The notes under the pieces: generated by a model
The model's database searches: none
Told to the model about the DNA's origin: nothing
The model's input: the letters and a program-made list of their open reading frames with translations, nothing else
In this document: in pieces, positions 1 to 12,091 of the stretch
Layout of the letters: each line of letters starts with the position of its first letter
How positions within the stretch are numbered: the first letter of the stretch is position 1
Translations under genes and position numbers: made by a program
Assembly: GCA_009914755.4 (NCBI GenBank)
Contig: CP086569.2
Span: 22,432,001 to 22,496,000 of the forward strand
Origin: the human T2T-CHM13v2.0 reference genome, Homo sapiens
Direction: 5' to 3'
DNA: 64,000 nucleotides

Positions 1-1390
1 TCCCAAAACCTTTGACCTGGTACCCTGCATTGGTGGTCCTGTCTCTGTCCAGTGTTGGGGGCATGGTAGTGGTTGTGGTGGTCTTGTGGGAGGGTGGAGG
101 GAGGCCCGGAAAGCTCCTGCCAACAAGGAGCGGGCGGCACAAGTAGGCAGGGGATTGGGTGTGGGGTGCTGTTGTGTGAGGCGGCTGTATCTTCAGAGTT
201 GCTGAGCTGCACATGGTCATTGTGTGCTGGATGCTGGACTGGCTCTGCTGAGGGTGTCCAGGTGTGCAGTCCCCTCTTCTCCTGGTCTTCCTGAGGGGTG
301 GGCGTGTTCACTTGAGGGAGCTGCTGTGGATAGAGGGGACTGCAGGGCTGTGCCTGTTGCTCCCCATGGGGCTTCCATGTGTGTAATGGAGGTGTTTGTG
401 CAACGGAGGTTGTATATGCTCAGCTCTTTGGGTGCAGTACAGGCAGAAGGAAGAAAGCGTATCTGGGGAGTTTGTGCCTGCCTTGCAGAGGACAGCAGCC
501 CAGTGCACCGTGAACCCAAGTCTTAAGCACCTTGTGTTTCTGGGGTAAGGCTGCTGGCCACAGACATGGGCAGCCAGGGTGGTTTCTATGGCTGGCATGG
601 GCTTGCAGACTCCCCTTCCTCCAAGGACTTTCTCATGGAAACATGCCCTTCAAGTTTCTGCTGTGAGTGAAGGGTCCATGGGGCTCCTATTCTCCCTTGT
701 GAGTGCTGAGCTTGGCTCCCAGTCCCTACCATGTGCTCTCAGGGCACCCCCAAGCAAGCTGCCCTCCTATCTGCAGGACCCTGGCCTCAGCTCCCTTCGC
801 TATCCCCCATCCCCTGCCTCCTGGTTGTCCCCGTGTGCCCCTTGCTTGGCTCCCCTGCTCCCCACCCCAAGAAGCCAGATGCCCACCCCCTGCTGCCAGT
901 CATTCCGAATGGGCAGCTGCAAAGATGTGCCTCTGGCCCAGAAGCTGGAGATGCCCTGGCTGATGGCCCCTGTGCCATCCAGGCTGGGAAGGCACCTCTG
1001 CCAAAGCTTACATCTCAGCTGTGGGCAGGCCATGTGGACTGGTTATTCATGGAACTCTGCTTCAAGTGAAGGGCCTCCAGCGAGTCTGTGGCTGGCTGGG
1101 GTGTGCTGGATCCAGGGCCAGGCTGTCTGCTGGTCCTCCACCAGGCTCCATGTCAGGCTTCTCCTCAACCACCACCTGGACCATGCCATGATGTTGTCCA
1201 CCACCAGCACCTTCTCCTCCCCCAAGAGTGCCTTCGAACTCTGCGCCCTGGCTGCCCTCTCCTGCAGAGCCTCCAATTTGAATGGGGTGCCTCCTTTGGA
1301 GGTCCCACTGACCATGACCTGCACTGTCCACTCACTGTCCACTCCACGTCCAGATAAGTATATCCTTATAGTATACTTAAAAAAAAAAAA
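1..1390 (+). other. GC-rich segment ending in an A12 tract at 1379-1390. Possibly the 3' part of a retroposed transcript or composite retroelement; truncated by the window edge.
   Basis: High GC and proline-rich low-complexity ORFs on both strands. An abrupt poly(A) lies immediately before an unrelated L1 fragment. No recognisable protein homology. Confidence 0.25.
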
Positions 1391-1822
1391 CCTTAAAAGC
1401 ATTCCCATTTCTCCACATCCTCTCCAACATCTGTTGTTTTCTGACTTTTTAATGATTGCCATTCTAACTGACATGAGATGGTATCTCTTTGTGGTTGCAA
1501 GGTCATGGATGAAGCTGAAAACCATCATACTAAGCACACTATCACAAGGACAGAAAACCAAGCACCGCATGTTCTCACTCATAAGTAGGAGTTGAACAAT
1601 AAGAACACAGGGACACAGGGTGGGGAACACCACACATGGGGTGGTTGGTGGGATGCGGGGCTGGGGAGGGATAGCATTAGGAGAAATGCCTAATGTAAAT
1701 GATAAGTTGATGTGTGCAGCAAACCAACATGGCACATGTATCCCTATGTAACAAACCTGTACGTTGTGAACATGTACCCTAGAACTTAAAGTATAATAAA
1801 AAAAAAAAAAAAGAAAAAAAAC
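1391..1822 (+). mobile_element. LINE-1 3' fragment (ORF2 C-terminal remnant plus 3' UTR and poly(A)), with an internal deletion.
   Basis: Translation ...KLKTIILSTLSQGQKTKHRMFSLISRS matches the L1 ORF2 C-terminus. The canonical L1 3' UTR tail ...catgtaccctagaacttaaagtataataaaaaaa ends in poly(A) at 1798-1822. Confidence 0.8.
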
Positions 1823-2898
1823 TGAAAAGGAAAAATAGCTCTACAAACCCAAATACTAAATAGAAAATTAGTATCAGTGGCCTAGAATCTAACTTGCATT
1901 AAGATATCACAAACATTCAGCAGATAGTTTCTAAATGCCACAGTAAGCCTGGCAGTCTGCAAGAAGCTCAGAAAAACATGGTCCTTCTGAGAGTGCAGTT
2001 GTTACAGGCACAGAGATAAATGAGGAATAATAAGTGTGATAACTGCTGTAATAGGCAAATACAGGAAATAGAAACCACATTTTCCTCATTTATGAAACAC
2101 AAGTTTAAAAACCCTTTTGAAGTTCAAATGAGAATATTTGCTGTTACTGTATAAACTGTCAAGTAGCTATACAAATTTTTTTTTCTCACAGTGATTTATA
2201 TCATGTGTGTATTACATGGTTAGTGAAGCATTCTCATAAAGGAAACCTTGAAATGTGTCCGCTGTTCAGTTTTTGTTTTTCAACTGTTTCAGTCATTGTT
2301 ATTTATCATATTTTCCCTAGGGGATTTTGAATTTTAAAGAGAATATGTAAAAACTGAAAAGAGAAGGACAATGAAATTGCAAGACTACAGTCATAATAAT
2401 TTCCTTGATTAATTCAATTGTTTATAGAGCAAGATTAGATTATATTTCTCCCAAAAGATTCTTGGAGAAATTCTAAGATGATGCACTCATTGTTAGAAAT
2501 TGCCAAGTTGTTGCTTAAGTTAGACTTAACACTTTTTAAGCCTAAAGATACAGTAATAGTTATGTATTTAAACAGGGAAAATAGGATTTTTAGTGCTACT
2601 TTCTCTCACCTGGAATAATTATAACTTTTAAATTGGTCTTTATGTCAATTTAAATTTTTCATTATTCTACGTCATGTTTTGGATAAGCCATGTATTTTTA
2701 AATTTATTTTCATCCTTTTGGTACTTCTGTGAGAAACTGCAGACTTAAATTCATATCACAACTATGTTTCAGTTTTACTTCTCTGTTCCTAAAGGTTCAC
2801 AAAAATAAAGAACTCCACTTACGCTTGTATCTTTCAGCAACCTTATTTCAGAAAACGGTGCATATTACTGCAGAAATCACATGGACAGGTCCAAAGCG

Positions 2899-2996
2899 GG
2901 GAGGAGGAGGATGAGGAGGAAGAGGAGGAGGAGGAGGTGAAGAAGAAGAAGAAGAGGAAGAAGAAGTAGAAGAAGAAGGAGGAGGAGGAGGAAGCG
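2899..2996. repeat. Purine-rich simple repeat (GGA/GAA)n.
   Basis: Direct reading: ggaggaggaggatgaggaggaagagg...gaagaagaagaagagg... Confidence 0.85.
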
Positions 2997-4906
2997 GCAA
3001 GCTTTTAAGTCTATACATTAGTATCACTGTGTCAGAAACTCAGTAGTCATAGTGAAATAAAAACAATGATCACAGTCAGTCAATTCCATCTCATACCTAG
3101 ACTGAAATATGAAACTTCTAAAGAAAAGAAAGTTAAGAACTTTGGGCATATCAAAATGTTCCTATACAGATAAAATTATTGGTGACTTTTTCTCACTAGA
3201 AAACATACAATTCCATGCTTTGTATATGTGTAAATAAAAATATTTTTATTTCCATCAGTTATGATGTGCAAGCAAGTAATAAAGTGAAAGTACACTAATA
3301 AAATGATATAAGGAAATTTCTCTGTGTCAAAAAATTCCATTGAGGCCATTAATTTTACAAAAACCACGGAGAATGCATGGTGAAACTACACTATACAGTA
3401 CTTTTTAGTATTTTACTTGCATTTTAAATAATCAACAAAGGAAAGGAAATTCTTAATCATTATTTATTACCAATAACATTATTCTACTCGAATAATCCTT
3501 TTGAGATTAAGTATTTTAAATAAAACTTTAAAAACAAATTGTATTGACTGATACCAGCTTTCAATGAAATAACACTTCTGTATTTGTAGTCATGTGAAGT
3601 ATAAATTTCTCCTCACAGTGGATCTTTTATAACACCAGTTTTATTGATTTCTCTGATAGAAACCCTGTGATAGCTCATGCATGGCTTTACTGTAACCATA
3701 CATTACATGACTCCAGAGAGTAGCCTTCAAATAGATGGAAAAATTATATTTGTGACAAAATTCTAAGAAAGGGAATGGTAAAATGGGAGAATAATTTCTA
3801 AATTTCTAACTGTTCATCAGTGGATTTGGATATATTTAGATATAGACAAATATTAGCACACTGCAAGTTTGCACATGTGTATATAAATTTATATGAGATA
3901 CCCATAATGTGTGGGTTGTGTAATATTTTAATCCTCAATTTTACATGTGGGAAATTTGGTAAGAGTTTATCTTTATCAAATAATCAATTTGAAGTACTAT
4001 ACTCAATTTGATGTAAAACCAACAAAATCTCTGTCAACATTCACTTTAATTGATCCAATAATGTTAACTGATGATAACTTCATTCTCTTTGTCCCCTGTT
4101 GGCAGCCTGAAAGTTGATTCTCACTCTAATTCATCACTCAAGGTGCCATCCACAAGACACTAACTTTGCTGTGGATTGTGACTTCTCACGCCAACACTTT
4201 TTTCCTGTAACAGTCCTACCTTTGTATATTTAAAGAATTTGTACATGGCTAAAAAAAAATAAAAGTGCTGTGAAATGTCAGGCCATGCTGTGAAATTTTC
4301 CATTGTTTCTATATCTCTGGTTGAGCTTTCATGTTATAGAGAACAAGAAAAACAATTCAGTATGTTTCTTAGTATCCAGTCCAATGCACCCTTTCTTATT
4401 AATAGCAAACCCGTCTATTCAAGGCACTGACATCTAAAGACAGCTAGATATATCAAAATCTCTTCTCATAAAAAACCTTTATATTAATCACTGTTGCCCA
4501 GATCTGGACTCTGACTGTGAAATCCTCCGGTGGAAATTGCTGTAATGGCTCACACTATGGGAATGACTATTTTTCTGCATAATTATTGTTGTCAACTTAG
4601 TGAAGAATATCACATTAGATGGTAGCTCTTAGATACATAAACCCTAGTGATTAATTTTTAATGTCCAGCATTTATGATATTGCACAAGTAAAAATCTTTG
4701 ATAAATGATTAGCTGAGCAATGACTTAAATAACAGCAGTTCAAACATTAATTTACTTACTAGAAGTGCCATACATCATTAACTCCTGGTGAAAACAAAGT
4801 TGGGAAATTTCAAGTGCTGAATTGGTTACTAAATTATGTATTTCATGGTATTGTATAAAACTATCCTTGCCGTGTATGATGCCTCACCTGCAAGGATGCA
4901 ACTTTA

Positions 4907-4910
<4 letters not shown>

Positions 4911-4955
<45 letters not shown>
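4911..4955. repeat. (TA)n dinucleotide microsatellite.
   Basis: About 22 uninterrupted AT dinucleotides. Confidence 0.9.
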
Positions 4956-4959
<4 letters not shown>

Positions 4960-5227
4960 TTGGTTCTTAATATCTCTCTACATTTGCCTTCAAAACCTCA
5001 ACACAAAAACACCCATGTATTTGACATGTACTTGACTTTCAGCTGACTTGACTACCAGTTATTAGGGTTTAAGTAAACAAAGATTTCAAAATTTGTTGAC
5101 CAAATATGAGAAATCACACTCTCACCATAAGAAATAATTCTTCTTAAGTGCCACTGCAAATGCAAAATTGAAAGAAGAAATGGAGTCTAACATATTGCAA
5201 TATTCTAAAATTTAAAATTTCCTCTTT

Positions 5228-5476
5228 GAGATCTGGTGGTTCATGCCTGGAATCACAGCTCTTTGGGAGGCTGAGAAGGGAGAATTGCTTCAAACCCAGA
5301 GTTGGAGACTAGCACAGGCAACATAGCAAGACCAATCTCTACAAAGGTAACTAATTAATTAATTAATTAAATTGGGCATAATGGCACACACCTGTTTTTC
5401 TATTTACTCAGGAGTTCAAGGTTCCAGTGAGCTGTGATTGCACACTGCATTTCAGCCTGGGCCATGGGGCAAGACT
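5228..5476 (+). mobile_element. Old Alu SINE (AluJ/S-like) with a (TAAT)n-expanded middle A-rich linker.
   Basis: ...tggtggttcatgcctggaatcacagctctttgggaggctgag... left monomer. Right monomer ...ggcacacacctg...ggagttcaaggttccagtgagctgtgattgcacactgcatttcagcctggg... Confidence 0.75.
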
Positions 5477-7127
5477 TTGTTTCTACATAATAATTCAATA
5501 TAACAAAACAAAGTCAAAATAAAAACACTTTCAGGTGTTCTTTGGAAGTTTGTATAATTGCTCCAAAGCATAGACATTGTTTAAAGTTGAGCAGTTCATG
5601 GGGAATTGGCAGTGAACATTGTTTGTATTGTTTTCCAAAAATTAGGATAATTATATTAGAATATTATATGTTAATATCTAATAACCTTTCGTACAATAAG
5701 TATTGACAAATGACAAGCTATTGTGTTTATAGATATTTCCTTCAAAATAGTCATAGTTTAATTGGAGAATAAAGAGAGCAGCAATAATTGTAATGTACTC
5801 TGACAAGTGTTAAAATAGACACAATTTAGTAACTTGGAGAGGAATGAAGTTCTTAACGGGGTTTGCAGCGGTTTGGGGAACATTCTGAGGGCAGGAACAA
5901 TTGATTGGATCAGTAAGGATTCGAATTTGCATGAAGAATGTTTGGAAGAAAAACATTGTAGAAAAAAAGAAACATTCTTTTTGTCAATGAAAGAAGTACT
6001 AACAATGCATATGAGGCCATCTGACCAATTCTTAGACCATACTAGCTCACTAAATATTTCTTGAATGAATCCATGAAAGGAAGCTATTGGGAAAACGATT
6101 CTGGAAGGGATTTTCAAAATCCTATAAAGGAAAGTTAAATACCCTGGACTTTACAATTTTGCCTGCTTTTCTTTATGTTCTTATTATGTCTACTACTTCA
6201 TAAGCTCTGTTTTATTTTTTGGTCTTTTCACAAATATCATGCATGAATTGTTCCTGATACTACTTCACTCTTAATCTCTTCATACTATATTTCTCTCTGA
6301 TACTCCTTTGTTTGAGGTCCTGGGTTTGTATGCCCACAGATAACATCACTCACCTCTCCCTGGCACTATTCTGTTATAGAGAGGCCTGGCCCCTGAGAGG
6401 CACGGTTCCTAGGCTCACATAAAATTGACTTTCTATTTTAGTTCAGTTAATGGGTGACACTGCAGAGATTAGAGAACAAGATGAGAGAAGCCAGTTTGTT
6501 TCCCTTTCCTTCTCAGTAAGAGATATGTTTCCACAGTGATTCCACGGCCTTCAGGACATGCTCTCTGTGTTTCCATTTTCTATGTAGTGACCCTAATCCT
6601 AGACTGGTTCTTCTAATGCTGTCTTCTCCAATTGTCTTCTCTAAAGGATTTGGGTACTATTTTTGGAGTTTTAAATTTAAAAAATATTGATATGGAAGGG
6701 GGGCAGGGACGTGTCTGGTAGAGGAGGGTGTGGTTCTTGGCTAGGGCTCCACCAACAGGACGATGCTCACTGACCTAGGATAAACTAAATTAACACCATG
6801 TAACATATGCCCAATGGGGATTCAGGAGCTGTAAAAATTCACCCCTGGATGCTGCCTGGGGTCGGAGCCCCAAAACCTGTTCTCATTTCTTGCCCAGTAA
6901 TGGGGGATAAGGAACATTTTCCTGTTTCAATATGAATCTGTTTCCAGTGCAGTATGTTTTCTGCAATACTGCAGTGTTACTTCATTGTATATATTTAACT
7001 AAATAAGTTACAAACTGTAACTAATATGAGAAGAAAATAAATGGTGGAGAATAAGGAAGAAAAATGAAACATTGTGTTTAACAATGAATGTAAACAATTA
7101 TAAGTATGATTAATCAATATGTCAGAC

Positions 7128-9589
7128 CAGCCAGGCAGGTGCTTAACGTCATGAGGGGGCACTGCTTCATCATCTTGGGATTTCATTCTGGGACAGAGAG
7201 TGTGAGCAGCAATAAGGTCCGATAAGGAAAAGGATACAATCTGGTGAGGTGTGGATTGTGTCCCACACCTGCACCTGAAAAAAAGGTGAAGACAGATGAC
7301 ACAGAAGTTGCATCCACCTGCATCCCCACATTCCGTTGATTGCACAAGCAGCCCACACCATGGCCCTGTGTTCAAGTGGGTATTCTCCAACCTGCCATTA
7401 ACATATGGAGTGCAAACTGGGGCTTTGCACTTTGAGGGTTTTCATACCCAGGGCCAAATGGGAGTGGGATGGATTGATGTGGGTGGGATGTGGCCTCCAC
7501 GCTTGCCTCTTCATTTTCTGACTTTGTGTTCCTCATTGAATTAGGGTTTCCTTGGTCTGGTTCACCATCTTCCACACAAAACATTTCCCAGTTCAAGAAG
7601 GATGACCCTCGTGGGAATTCATTGCATGAGTGTTTCCTTCTTAACACTCATGTTTTAGATGGCTGGACAGCCTTGATAGTTTTAAAATGTAAATTCCCAC
7701 ACAGCACCAACAGGGAAACTACTGATCTCCCACTTGTATTGTAGGGTGGCATGATTCCTTTAGGATGAGAAGTAGGCAACAGTGTCTAACTGTTGCCTGG
7801 TTATCTAGGCTCTGTTTCATTTCATGTGCACATCCTTTCTCATTGTCGCAGGGCTCCTTCGTTGGGCTGTTGCTGGATAGGACTGCCTCTTGCCACAGAT
7901 CTTTTGGCTTCCAGGGATTTCAGAGAGGAAACGGGACTTCAGATAGACTGGCTGAACTCCAGGTTGTGGGTCCTGGTTGTGTGTTGGGGGCTGAGGATGT
8001 TTGCACTTTGCAGAAGGATTTTTGGTGCTCTGACAAGAATCATTGAACATTGCTTGGACTCCAGCACAAAGCAGCCCATTCTCATAGGTGAGCATTGATT
8101 TTTCTTTGCTTTCCTGGGGTGTCCACATTGCCCATCAATAGCTTTACTGGACACCTTTTTCAGGCTTGCCATCGCCACAGACGGCCTCTTAGACACTGTC
8201 ACAAGCTCATCTGCCCACAAGCGAGGCCAGATCAAGGTGAGAGAACACTGCTCAACCTTGCATTTGCCTATGTCGTGGTTCCTGCCTTTCCCAGATAGGC
8301 CCTGTGAGGCCAAGGATGAAGGGAGGCAGTGAGGTAAAGTGATGAGCCATTTTTATTCTCTGAGGTCTTAGGTATGATTCCATCACATAAAGAACCCTCA
8401 ACTACTCACCAGACTCTATTCCAATCCCCGTCGGACCTGATTCTTGCACACAGACTCTTTCAGGAGTGGAGACAGAAGAGCCATCTCCAGCGACCACCTC
8501 ACAGTCTCGAAATACCTCCTCCTCCACCGGGACCTGACCAGCGAGATGACCCAGAGGGTCAATAAGGTCAAGACTTTTAGGGTCCCACAGTAGGTTATTG
8601 CAGACAGCCTTTTTCTCAATACCAGTCTAGCTCTGCCTGTACCACTTTTGTCTGCTTAGGCAGGCTGACAGTTTTGACAGCCAGGCACCCAAGCCTGCCT
8701 CATGAATGCGCCTGTGATAGCCTCAAAGCACCAGTCCTGAGCAGGGAGCTATTGCTAGCTTCACAGTGAATGCCACCATTGCCTAGTGACAAGTCCCTGT
8801 GGCTTGACAGAGAAGGAGAACTCCCTGGAGGTGTGTTGGCGATGGAATATTGCCTGTCTTGTCTCAGAGATCCACAGGACAGTCCCATGAATCTAGGAGT
8901 GGGTAGATGTGAGTCAGCCTGAAGAAACATCAAGCAGAGCCGCAGGAATGAACTTCAAAATCCCTAAGGATCCATAAGGATCTACAGGATGCCTCAGGCC
9001 TAATTAGACATTGTAAGGGTGAGTATTTTTGAAACTTATCCCACGGTGATTACTAGATACAGCCCGCCTGTGTTCCCTGGGGTTGCTCTCTCCCATGTGG
9101 GGCTTCCTGAAGAGCCATTCAGCCTCAGGAGCTGCTGGGCTGTGTTTCTGTTGGAGTGTTGCAAGTGTTGGATGTCTGCCTGACTGTGTGGCTTTGTGTA
9201 TTTGCAGGTGTATGTGTGGGTATGCATGTCTGTAAGCGGAGTCTGCTTATAGTAGAGTGGCTAACACATTGCAGCTCTTCTTTTTTTTCGGTAACTCAAC
9301 ATTCTGGTCGCCTGTGTGTCTGTGGCTCTGCTTGGACTGTGGGTCTCTGTGTTCTTTATTCTTCTGTGGATCGTGAATCTGCAGTGAATTGAGAGTCTGG
9401 TTGAGACCCGCCGGAGGCCAAACTACCTCCCCTGCCAAAAAAGAAAAAGGTACTCTTCTGGAAAGAAGAGGGGCACGTCATACCCAGGAATTGACGCCTC
9501 CCAGTGTTTCATTGTCCTGTGGCCAACCCAGGGAGGGACACCAGCAGTCTTGTCCACAGGACCCCTTGAATTTACCTCCAATTCGGTTC
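7128..9589 (+). repeat. Array unit U1 (2462 bp); the array begins abruptly at ~7128.
   Basis: Similarity to the other units starts at ccagccaggcaggtgcttaacgtcatgagggggcac. Upstream sequence is unrelated. Confidence 0.8.
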
Positions 9590-12091
9590 CCAGCCAAGCA
9601 CGTGCTTAATGTCATTAGGGGACACTCCTCCATTGTCTTGGGATTTCATTCTGAAACAGAGAGTGTGAGCAGCCATAAGTTCACATAGGGGTGAGCATAC
9701 AATCTGGTGAGGGGTGGACGGGGTCCTGCAACTTCACCTGCAAAAAAGGTGAAGACAGAGGACATGGACAGTGCTTCCAAATGCATCTCTGCATTCCCTT
9801 AATTGCACCAGCAGTGTGCACCATGACCCTGTGTTCACCTGGGAGTACTCCAACGTGCAGGGAACATTTGGTGTGCAAACTGGGGCCATCCTGGCAAACT
9901 CCTGATTTGAGGGCTTTCATTCCCATAGCCAAATGGGAGTGAGATGCATTGACGCTGGGTGGGATGTAGCCTCCACACTTGCCTCTTCCTTTCCTGTCTT
10001 CCATGATCCCTGTTGGCCTAGGGTTTCCTGGGTCTGGCTAAGGTCTTACACACTAAACATTTCCCCATTCATGGAGGATGACCCTCACTGGAATTCATTG
10101 CATGTTTCCTTCTAAACACTGTCACATTTTAATGACTGGGCTCCTTTGATACATTTAAAACCATAAATCAGCATTACAGATGCCATAAAGGAAACTCTTT
10201 TTCTCCCACTTCTGTTGGAGGGCTGCATGATTCCTGTAGGATGAGAAGCAGGCAGGCATGCCTGGCTTTTGTTTGGTAATCTAAGCTGTGTTTCATTGTG
10301 TCTGCATGTCCTTTCTCATTGTGGAGGAAGTATTTCATTGGACTGTGGCTGGATGCAACTGCCTCTCTCCACAGATCTCTTGGCTGCCAGGGATTTCAGG
10401 GAGCAAAAGGGAAGTTGGGTAGGCTGGCTGCACTCCAGGGTGTGGGTCCTGGTCTCTTTGTGGGGACTGGATTTGTTTGCACTTTGCAAGAGGATTTGGG
10501 TCCTCTGACAGGAATCTTTGATCATTGCTTGGACTCCAGCACAAGTCAGCTCATTCTCTCAGGTGAGTTTTGATTTTTCTTTGCTCTGCATGGCAGAGCT
10601 GCATGGCACAAGGCAGCTCATTCTCTGCAGTCCACATTCACTGTGGGTCCACAGTGACTTTCAACAACACTACTGGACACGCTTTTCAGGCTTGCAATGG
10701 CAACAAATGGTCTCTGAGACACTGTCTCAACCTCATCTGCACCTGTGAGTGCCCACTTTGAGGTGTGAGAACACTGCTCCACCTTGGACTTTCCTTTGCC
10801 ATGGTCCCTGCCTTTCCCAGAGAGCTCTTGCAAGGTTCAGAGTGAAGGAAGGAAGTGAGGTAAATGGCCCGGCCAACTTTCGCTGACAATACCTCTGTGG
10901 TCTCAGGTATGATTCTGTCAACCAAAGACCCCTGAACAACCCACCAGACTATATTCCAAACCCCATAGGAACCAATTCTTGCACACAGCCTCTTTTGGGA
11001 ATGGAGTCAGAAGAGCAGCATCCAGCAATCACCTCACAGTCTTGAAACTCCTCCAGCTGGACCAGGCCACAAAAATGGCCCGACGGAGCCCTAAGGTTGA
11101 GACTTACAGGGTCCCATAGTGCGTTATCGCAGAAAGCCTTTCTCCAGATACCAGGCTGGCTCTGCCTGTAGCATTTTCCTCTGCTTAGGAAGGCTCACAG
11201 ATCTGATATTTGGGCGCCTGTGCCTGCCTTCCGAATGCACATGCGCTCTTCTCAAGCTACCAGGCCTGAGCTGTGAGCTTTGTCTAGTGTTCACAGTGAA
11301 TGCCATTGTTGCATAGCAGCAAGTCCCTGTGGCTTGGTGGAGAAGGAGACCTCCGTGGAGGTGCGTAGGCGGTGGACTCTGGCTGTTTTCTCTGTGGGAT
11401 CACGGGATAGTCCCATGATCCTAGGAGAGGGCAGACGTGAGCCAGCCTGACAAAAAGTCAAGCAAAGCCCCAGGAATAAACAGTGAAATTCGTAAGGATC
11501 CAAGTATATCTGCAGGATGCATCAGGCCTGCCTAGACGTTGTAGGAGTGAGTCCTTTAGAAACTTGCTCCAATGTGATTTCTAGGAACAGACCACCTGTG
11601 TACCCCATGGTTGCTCTCTCCATGGTGGGGCTTTCTGCAGAACCATGCAGCCTCAGAAGCTGTCTGGCTGTGTGATTCTGTGGGATTGTTGTGAGTGTCG
11701 GATGTCTGCTTATGTGTGTGGCTTTGCCTTTGTGTGTGTGTGTGTGTGTGTGTGTGTATTAGTGAAGTCTGCTTAAATGAATGTGGCTAACACACTGTAG
11801 TGCATCCTTTGTTTGAGTCTCCCAATCTTTTGGTGGCCTATCTATGTGGCTCTGCCTGGGCTGTGTGGCTCTGTGTTCTTTATTTTTTTGTGGATAAAGA
11901 ATCCTCAGTGAATTGGGAGGCTGGCTGTGACCTGACAGGGTCCAAATCACCTACCCCTGCAATAAAAGCCACTCCTCTTCACACAAGAATAGATATCTCC
12001 CGCCATGTTTCATTTTCCTGTGGCCAAGCCCAAGAGAGACACTATCCAGTCCTGTCTGCAGGGCCCCTTGAATTTACCTAGAATTCTCTTC
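9590..12091 (+). repeat. Array unit U2 (2502 bp).
   Basis: Phase marker ccagccaagcacgtgcttaatgtcattaggggacactcc at 9590; (GT)n at 11731-11757. Confidence 0.8.
11731..11757. repeat. (GT)n microsatellite, one example of a tract present once per array unit.
   Basis: tgtgtgtgtgtgtgtgtgtgtgtgtgt. Homologous tracts lie near 9200, 13890, 30400, 32850, 35300 and 37720, and as (CA)n in the inverted arm near 40560, 43140, 45560 and 47900. Confidence 0.85.

Noticed and set aside
579-1595. 338-aa ORF (and overlapping 230-aa minus-strand ORF 1043-1735)
   Set aside because: Proline-rich low-complexity translation of GC-rich DNA that runs straight through a poly(A) tract into an L1 fragment. No start context or homology; an artefact of base composition.
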